Shown here piece after piece: positions 58,771 to 64,000 of a stretch of DNA of 64,000 nt. This DNA comes from Bdellovibrionales bacterium (GTDB lineage Bacteria; Bdellovibrionota; Bdellovibrionia; Bdellovibrionales; UBA1609). The notes beneath the pieces were generated by a model. It was given only the letters and a program-made list of their open reading frames with translations, made no database searches and was not told the origin of the DNA. The stretch covers positions 2,641,869 through 2,705,868 of the forward strand of contig OZ241329.1 in the NCBI GenBank assembly GCA_965199825.1. The letters run 5' to 3'. The stretch's first letter is position 1. Every line of letters begins with the position of its first letter. Position numbers and translations under genes: made by a program.

Positions 58771-61721
58771 AATCCCTCCTCTTAAGCCTAATTTTAAGCA
58801 CAGGTGTTTCAGCCTTAGCCGATAAAATGGATTTATCTGAACACGATCTAGTTATTCAAAAACTAGAGAGTGTTTTGACCAGTGTATCTGATAAACCTGA
58901 GACCTTGCGTGGTATTGAAATGCGCTTGGGAGATTTGTATTCTGAGCGAGCCCGAATCAAAGCGGTCGAAGAAGGCAATAAGAATTGCGAAAAGTGCGTG
59001 GGATCAAAAGATGACCGCGCAAAAGCGATTGGTTATTATGATTCTGCATTTAACGGAGCAACAGGCGAGCAACAAACAAAGATTTTGCTCCAAAAAGCTC
59101 ATCTGTTTCAAATTAACGGTGACTTTAATAAATCCGAAAGTGTTTACGAAGAGATTATCAAACGTGGTGAAAAAATCACCGACAAACAACTCTTTGGTGA
59201 AGCTTTAGCCGGTCGCGGTGAAGCCAACTATCGCAAAGGCGAATTCTTAAAAGCCAAAAATGATTTCGAAAAAGCTTTAAAATTTCCAATCTCAAAACGT
59301 TCATTTATTCGCTATCGCCTCAGCTGGTGTTTATTAAACGAAGGCAAAGCGCAACAAGCCAAAACAATTCTTATTGGCATCCTCACTGGCGAAGACAAAA
59401 TCGATCTGTCATTTAGAAAAGATCTTTCACGTGACCTTGCAACCTTTTTGGCTCGTGGAACAATCAGCAACTCAGGAATTGATGAGCTCCTCAACAACAG
59501 TCCAGACGATGTTAAAAAATCAAATCTGTTTTATATGGGTGCCGAAGCCGATCGTCTGTCGAATGCTGCCGGATCACTCCTTGTTTGGAAGCGCTACACA
59601 GAACTTGGTAACGTCACTCCCCTTGAAGCTTTAGAAATCAAAATTCGGGTGACACAAACCCGCCTTGACCAAGGTTTTAAAAAAGAAGCTCTTGAATTGA
59701 TGGCCGACGCGACAGCTACTTGGAAAAAACAAGGCTGTAAAGAAGCCGATACCTGTGAAGAATTAAGACTGCGCTTAAGAAACTTTGTTCTCACTTGGAA
59801 TAAAAAAGAAAAAATCAATCCCTCACCTGAAGTTCTCACCGCATATGGCATTTATGTGGGCTTGTTTGATCAAGACTACGAAATGATCTATTGGTCAGCC
59901 CAACTTGCTAGAAGCAAGAATCAATTGCCTCTTGCTCTTAAGTACTACCGCCAAAGTGGTGATGTGACCTTTGCTCGCCTCACAGAAAAAAACCTTGATG
60001 CTGAAGTGATCAAGGCGATTCAAAAAATTAAAGAAGGATCACTCCTTTCTGAAATCGAAATTGCTGAATCTTTAAAAGATTTAAACAGCAAAGAATTAAG
60101 CTACAATCGCTACCTTAAAATGAACAGCAACGGCGCAAAAGTTTTTGAAGTGCGCTACCAATTGGCTCATGTTTATTCTGAAAAAGGATTAAACAAAAAA
60201 GCCGCTGAATCGTTTTATGATCTTGCTCTTGATAAAAACGGCAAACCTGATGATCTTCGTGTGAAATCGGCCGATCTTGCCCTTGATTCCTTGGCACTGT
60301 TAAAAGACAACGAAACCTTGGAGCAGTGGGCTGTTCAGTTCGCAGGCCTCTTTCCAGCCAAAAAATTAGAGTATTTAGGGATCGCTCGTAAAGCCTCGGT
60401 CAATCAAGCGGTAAGCATTGCCCAAGATACACATGCTTCGGACGCTCAACTCCGTAAAGCCTTAGAAAAACTCAAAGCCGCCCCACTTCAAGGTGCAACT
60501 CTTGAAGAAAAGGTTTTGATTCTTAAAAACCAAATCGTTGTGGCCGAAAAGTTAAAAGATATTGCTCTTGTTTCGATCGCAAGCTCAGGCCTGTTACATC
60601 TGCCAAAACTTTCTAAAGAAGATAAAGAATTCGCTCTCTCGCGAAAAGTTTGGGTTGCAGAACTTCGCTTGGATTTCAAAGACGCATTTAAGACCGCCAA
60701 AACAATGGAAATGAAAGATCTTAAAGCCGATCAAAAAGCTCTAAGACTGGCCCTTTTAAGCGAACTCAGTGGACAGAATCCAACAAGCTATTACGAGCAA
60801 GCTCTTCACCTTACAAAAGAGCGCGAAAAACGCAGCCTGATCATTGCAAAGATCACCAAGCTTTCAAAAAATCCTTGGCGCACAATGGATCAAAACTTTG
60901 CAGAGATCAGCAAGACTCCCCATGTGCTTGCTCCTTTAACACTCGAAGTGTTTGCAAGATCTCAAGATTATCAAAAACTTGAGCATGTTTTGAAAATCCC
61001 AAGTGTTCGATCAACTCCTGCTGGTCAAACTCTTTCGCGCTACACATTTTTAAAATCCTTTACCGGATTTGAAACCAAGATCTCAAGCCATCGTTTACTT
61101 TCTGGTTCGGATCAAACTTTGAATCGCACTTTGACCGAACGCCTTAAATTGTTGAACGAAGCTGATCGTTGGGCCAACCAAGCCATCCAAAGTAACGATT
61201 GGACACTTCAGATTTTGACTCTCAACCGAGTAGCCAAAGAAAATAATCGGTTGTTTGAGAACTTAACAAAACTTCCAACTCCCAGAAGTTTAAAAAAGGC
61301 CGAGCGCGAGCAGTATCAAACTTTATTGCTCCAAAAAGCTCAGCCATTTCAACAAAAGACTCAATCGGTTGAAACAAAATTGGCAACTCTTTGGAATCAA
61401 AGTGGTGTGATCAACCAAATGGTTTCGATCATCGCTAAGAGCTCTTCAGAAATTCGTAGTCTTTTGGCTCAAGAAATTTCACGACTCTTAAAAGTATCTC
61501 CTGATGATAAAAAATCTTCGCTTCAATCGTTACTCGCTGATGCTCATAAGCACCGCGACCATAGCGATCTTCGTGAAGCCACAGCCGATTTAAAACAAAA
61601 TCCATTTGATGAGAGCCGTATCACTCGACTCAAAAATCTTGAAGATACCGATGGTTCCCCTGCAATGAGTACTTTTTTAGAAGCTCGATTAACTCAACTT
61701 CATCAAGGAGCGATGCGATGA
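58767..61721 (+). CDS. Large exported helical-repeat (TPR-like) protein
   Basis: The TTG start overlaps the upstream stop (TTGA). Signal peptide MKSLLLSLILSTGVSALA. 984 aa of all-alpha repeat character (e.g. GEALAGRGEANYRKGEFLKAKNDFEKALKF). Confidence 0.7.
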   Translation: MKSLLLSLILSTGVSALADKMDLSEHDLVIQKLESVLTSVSDKPETLRGIEMRLGDLYSERARIKAVEEGNKNCEKCVGSKDDRAKAIGYYDSAFNGATGEQQTKILLQKAHLFQINGDFNKSESVYEEIIKRGEKITDKQLFGEALAGRGEANYRKGEFLKAKNDFEKALKFPISKRSFIRYRLSWCLLNEGKAQQAKTILIGILTGEDKIDLSFRKDLSRDLATFLARGTISNSGIDELLNNSPDDVKKSNLFYMGAEADRLSNAAGSLLVWKRYTELGNVTPLEALEIKIRVTQTRLDQGFKKEALELMADATATWKKQGCKEADTCEELRLRLRNFVLTWNKKEKINPSPEVLTAYGIYVGLFDQDYEMIYWSAQLARSKNQLPLALKYYRQSGDVTFARLTEKNLDAEVIKAIQKIKEGSLLSEIEIAESLKDLNSKELSYNRYLKMNSNGAKVFEVRYQLAHVYSEKGLNKKAAESFYDLALDKNGKPDDLRVKSADLALDSLALLKDNETLEQWAVQFAGLFPAKKLEYLGIARKASVNQAVSIAQDTHASDAQLRKALEKLKAAPLQGATLEEKVLILKNQIVVAEKLKDIALVSIASSGLLHLPKLSKEDKEFALSRKVWVAELRLDFKDAFKTAKTMEMKDLKADQKALRLALLSELSGQNPTSYYEQALHLTKEREKRSLIIAKITKLSKNPWRTMDQNFAEISKTPHVLAPLTLEVFARSQDYQKLEHVLKIPSVRSTPAGQTLSRYTFLKSFTGFETKISSHRLLSGSDQTLNRTLTERLKLLNEADRWANQAIQSNDWTLQILTLNRVAKENNRLFENLTKLPTPRSLKKAEREQYQTLLLQKAQPFQQKTQSVETKLATLWNQSGVINQMVSIIAKSSSEIRSLLAQEISRLLKVSPDDKKSSLQSLLADAHKHRDHSDLREATADLKQNPFDESRITRLKNLEDTDGSPAMSTFLEARLTQLHQGAMR

Positions 61722-61987
61722 TTCGCCGAATGATACTAATTGCCCTTACTATAGCGGCAACAACTTCGGCGGCCGCAGCGGCGTCGAAGTCAAAAAAACA
61801 CAAAGCTCTTCCTGAGGGCACAAAGCTCAGCACCGACATGCATTTTGATGAGCTCAATGTTCACGGAAAGTACCAAGCCGGTGATGAAGGCTACGCCACT
61901 GTTGAAGACGACAAACAATTAAATGATCTGCTCGATTATCGCAAAGACTATAAGGACCGGCTCTCAAAAAGCCGCTTTCAAAGGTAA
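61718..61987 (+). CDS. Small exported protein
   Basis: ATGA overlap with the upstream stop. Signal peptide MIRRMILIALTIAATTSAAAAA. 89 aa, charged, with an FDELNVHGKYQ motif. Confidence 0.5.
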   Translation: MIRRMILIALTIAATTSAAAAASKSKKHKALPEGTKLSTDMHFDELNVHGKYQAGDEGYATVEDDKQLNDLLDYRKDYKDRLSKSRFQR

Positions 61988-61992
61988 ATAAA

Positions 61993-63207
61993 ATGGCTGA
62001 AAAATCTTTTGTATTAGAAAATCGAAATGGCCAAACTGTCCGAGTGATTCATCTCGAAGACTCAAAAGTCTTGGTGATTTATCGCAAAGACACACGCCGG
62101 GTCGAGTTCGTCGAAAATACGGAGCACCTTGAAGATGGAACCTTTGAAATTCTTCATAGCACCACAGTTTCGGCAATCAAAAAAGAACCCTTGGAAATCG
62201 GTAATGCTGGAACATTAAAATATGTTTCTGCGATGACCGAATTCCCTCGCGAAGTCGAGCCCACTCAAGAGGATAAACAAAAATTTCCATTGATCCTCAA
62301 ATGGACCGCGGGCTCAACAGTTTCTGGCCTAGTTGTTTTGTTTGCAATGTCATGGGTGATTGGTCGCTTTTTTAGCGAAAAGATTCAGCAAGACGTTGTT
62401 GTTCAAGTGTTTGAACAGCAAGATTTGCCAAAAGAACTAAAGAAAACAAAAACGGTTGAGGTTTCTGAAAAGAAAATCAAGCCGCCAGAACATAAGAACG
62501 CAAAAGTTGTGAAGACTCCTCTTCGTAAAAAGATTGAGGTCACCACAAACAACCATGGAAAAATCCAAGGCCACACAGGCACAAACTTAAATAAAGTGGG
62601 CGCACTCGGTGCACTTGGCGGAATGGGCAAAAATTTTAACGGCAGCGGCGGACTCAACCTGAATGCCACCAAGAACAATGCCGGCATCGGAATGGGCGGA
62701 GTTGCAGCAGCGGGCGGACTTGAAAAAGGAATGCTCGGTAAAGGAATGATCGCTGGCGGCATCGGATCAGGCGGAAATCCAAAAGGTTTCGGCGGGTACG
62801 GGACTGCAGGTCGCGGTGGCGGCAAGCCCGGTTACGGAAATATGAGCATGGCCGGATCTTCAGCAGGTTTCTTTGAACCTCTAGGTGAAGAGACACAAGT
62901 TGAAGGCGGATTGGATCGCGATCAAATCAATGCGGTCATCCAACGTCATATCGGTCAAATTATTTATTGTTACGAACAGGGATTACAGACCAAGCCTTCG
63001 CTTTCAGGACGAGTGGCTGTGAAATTTGTGATCAGTGCTTCAGGCAGTGTGAGTGCGGCCAACGTGTCGAACTCTTCGCTTGGATCAAAGGCTGTTGAAT
63101 CCTGTGTGGTTGGTAAGTTGCGCGGTTGGCAATTTCCAAAACCATCTGGTCACGTCAATGTTCGCGTTATGTATCCCTTCGTTCTCAAACGTTTAAGCCA
63201 AGGATAA
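61993..63207 (+). CDS. AgmX/PglI-type (TonB-C-like) bitopic membrane protein with Gly-rich linker
   Basis: Cytoplasmic N-terminal domain of about 105 aa, one TM (VSGLVVLFAMSWVIGRFF), a Lys-rich segment, then a Gly-rich linker of about 90 aa. The C-terminal domain is LDRDQINAVIQRHIGQIIYCYEQGL...LSGRVAVKFVISASGSV..A.....SLGS..VESCVVGKLRGWQFPKP.....VRVMYPFVL, the pattern I recognise as the AgmX/PglI C-terminal domain. Confidence 0.72.
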   Translation: MAEKSFVLENRNGQTVRVIHLEDSKVLVIYRKDTRRVEFVENTEHLEDGTFEILHSTTVSAIKKEPLEIGNAGTLKYVSAMTEFPREVEPTQEDKQKFPLILKWTAGSTVSGLVVLFAMSWVIGRFFSEKIQQDVVVQVFEQQDLPKELKKTKTVEVSEKKIKPPEHKNAKVVKTPLRKKIEVTTNNHGKIQGHTGTNLNKVGALGALGGMGKNFNGSGGLNLNATKNNAGIGMGGVAAAGGLEKGMLGKGMIAGGIGSGGNPKGFGGYGTAGRGGGKPGYGNMSMAGSSAGFFEPLGEETQVEGGLDRDQINAVIQRHIGQIIYCYEQGLQTKPSLSGRVAVKFVISASGSVSAANVSNSSLGSKAVESCVVGKLRGWQFPKPSGHVNVRVMYPFVLKRLSQG

Positions 63208-63217
63208 GGAGTAAGCC

Positions 63218-64000
63218 ATGAAAGCTGTACGTCTGTTGCCCATACTTATTCTACTCTCCGCATGTAGCGGGGGATTGAATAAAGATCCATTGAATAAATA
63301 CCCAAGTCTGCGCACTGCCGCACGTGCCGATCTCGTTGGTACACCTGATGAGCAACGCTATCAGCGTTCATCTTTTAGTTGGTCTTTGGCTGACTCAAAA
63401 AATGAACCGATCAACGAAAATCAGATGCACACGGTTCAAGGTCAACCTCAGACCTATCGCATCTCACTGGTAAAGGTCTCAGCTTCGGGCGATTACTCGC
63501 TTGAACTTGAAAAAGACCAAGCCAATGATGCGATTACATCATCACAAGATGGCAAAACCTTGGTCGTCACGGTGAATCCAGATTCAAACTATGTGACAAG
63601 CTCGCTTCAATATCGCGAGATCAATTTCAAGGTGCATATCAAAGCTAAAGGCGAATCTGACTTTGCCAAAGCGATGAATAACGATGAGCCTGTTCACAGT
63701 TATACTGTAAACGTCTTTCGTGATTCCACAGTTCCAGTGATCGAAAAAATCACCTTATCAAAAACTTCGCTCAAAGCCCAAGACCAAGCGGTAATTACGA
63801 TTGATGTCTCAGGCAATGGTCTGAACGTACAAGATCTTCATATTTTTCCACAGTGTGATCGCACAGAAGAAGTGATGAAAAATAACGAACTTGGTTTAAG
63901 AGATGGTTGTGCCGGAATCGATCTTGGCGATCGCGGACTTCCTGTAATGACTCCATCTGGATCAGGTCACTTCACAGTCACTTATAAATTCAATGCGGCA
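63218..64000 (+). CDS. Lipoprotein, 3'-truncated by window end
   Basis: Not in the ORF track because no stop is reached. The ATG at 63218 (RBS aaggag) gives MKAVRLLPILILLSACSG. My hand translation is open for 261 codons to position 64000. It starts 10 nt after the AgmX-like gene. Confidence 0.6.
   Translation, partial: MKAVRLLPILILLSACSGGLNKDPLNKYPSLRTAARADLVGTPDEQRYQRSSFSWSLADSKNEPINENQMHTVQGQPQTYRISLVKVSASGDYSLELEKDQANDAITSSQDGKTLVVTVNPDSNYVTSSLQYREINFKVHIKAKGESDFAKAMNNDEPVHSYTVNVFRDSTVPVIEKITLSKTSLKAQDQAVITIDVSGNGLNVQDLHIFPQCDRTEEVMKNNELGLRDGCAGIDLGDRGLPVMTPSGSGHFTVTYKFNAA

Noticed and set aside
62403-62896. Pro-rich 140-aa and 80-aa antisense ORFs opposite the AgmX-like gene.
   Set aside because: They are the reverse complement of the Gly-rich linker (GGN codons read as NCC, giving Pro). 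This is a composition artefact.
1-64000. Looked for CRISPR arrays, IS elements with terminal inverted repeats, rRNA genes, prophage modules and recognisable defence systems (RM, TA, CBASS, retron-like).
   Set aside because: - None were seen by eye.
- The only nuclease-like accessory gene is the stand-alone HNH.
- The only regular DNA repeat is the in-frame 30-nt repeat inside the PA14 lipoprotein gene.
- A computational repeat or HMM scan could still find things I missed.

Overview
This is a gene-dense chromosomal window with about 61 protein-coding genes, one tRNA-Cys, no rRNA, no CRISPR array and no recognisable IS element or prophage. All calls come from reading the ORF translations and the DNA by eye. 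No database search was run.

**Housekeeping genes**
- bamA, gpmA, fadD, rpmG and an msrB-msrA fusion.
- yifB/comM, a Xer-type recombinase, uvrC, uvrB, cysS, gltX, carD and recG.

**Envelope and accessory blocks**
1. 4.2-7.1 kb: a small islet with an HNH endonuclease and a GC-rich, Cys/Ala/Ser/Thr-rich exported protein.
2. 21-24.3 kb: two GT4 glycosyltransferases and a VWA lipoprotein.
3. 32.7-42.7 kb: a glycan block of about 10 kb lying exactly between uvrC and uvrB.
   - It has a CDP-3,6-dideoxyhexose (paratose/tyvelose-type) pathway with ddhA, ddhB, ddhC, a prt-like gene and a tyv-like gene. No ddhD/E3 reductase is visible.
   - It also has a Dpm1-like polyprenyl-phosphate glycosyltransferase and three different GT-C-type polytopic membrane glycosyltransferases.
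   - I consider this block the best candidate for an undescribed periplasmic envelope or lipid A glycosylation system.
4. 52.9-55.3 kb: a large lipoprotein with two PA14-like domains and an imperfect 30-nt tandem repeat.
5. 57.0-64.0 kb: a translationally coupled operon behind a textbook sigma-54 promoter. It encodes ExbB/TolQ, two ExbD/TolR proteins, a 984-aa TPR-like protein, a small exported protein, an AgmX/TonB-C-like protein and a lipoprotein. It looks like an Agl/Glt-type gliding motor or a TonB-like energy-transduction system.

**Likely source organism (inference only)**
The gene content suggests a Bdellovibrionota or deltaproteobacteria-like predator. The clues are an AgmX-type domain, SpoIID, CarD and many VWA or low-complexity lipoproteins.

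**Genome-organisation observation**
Almost every convergent gene pair overlaps at its 3' ends. Only a few clear rho-independent terminators are visible.
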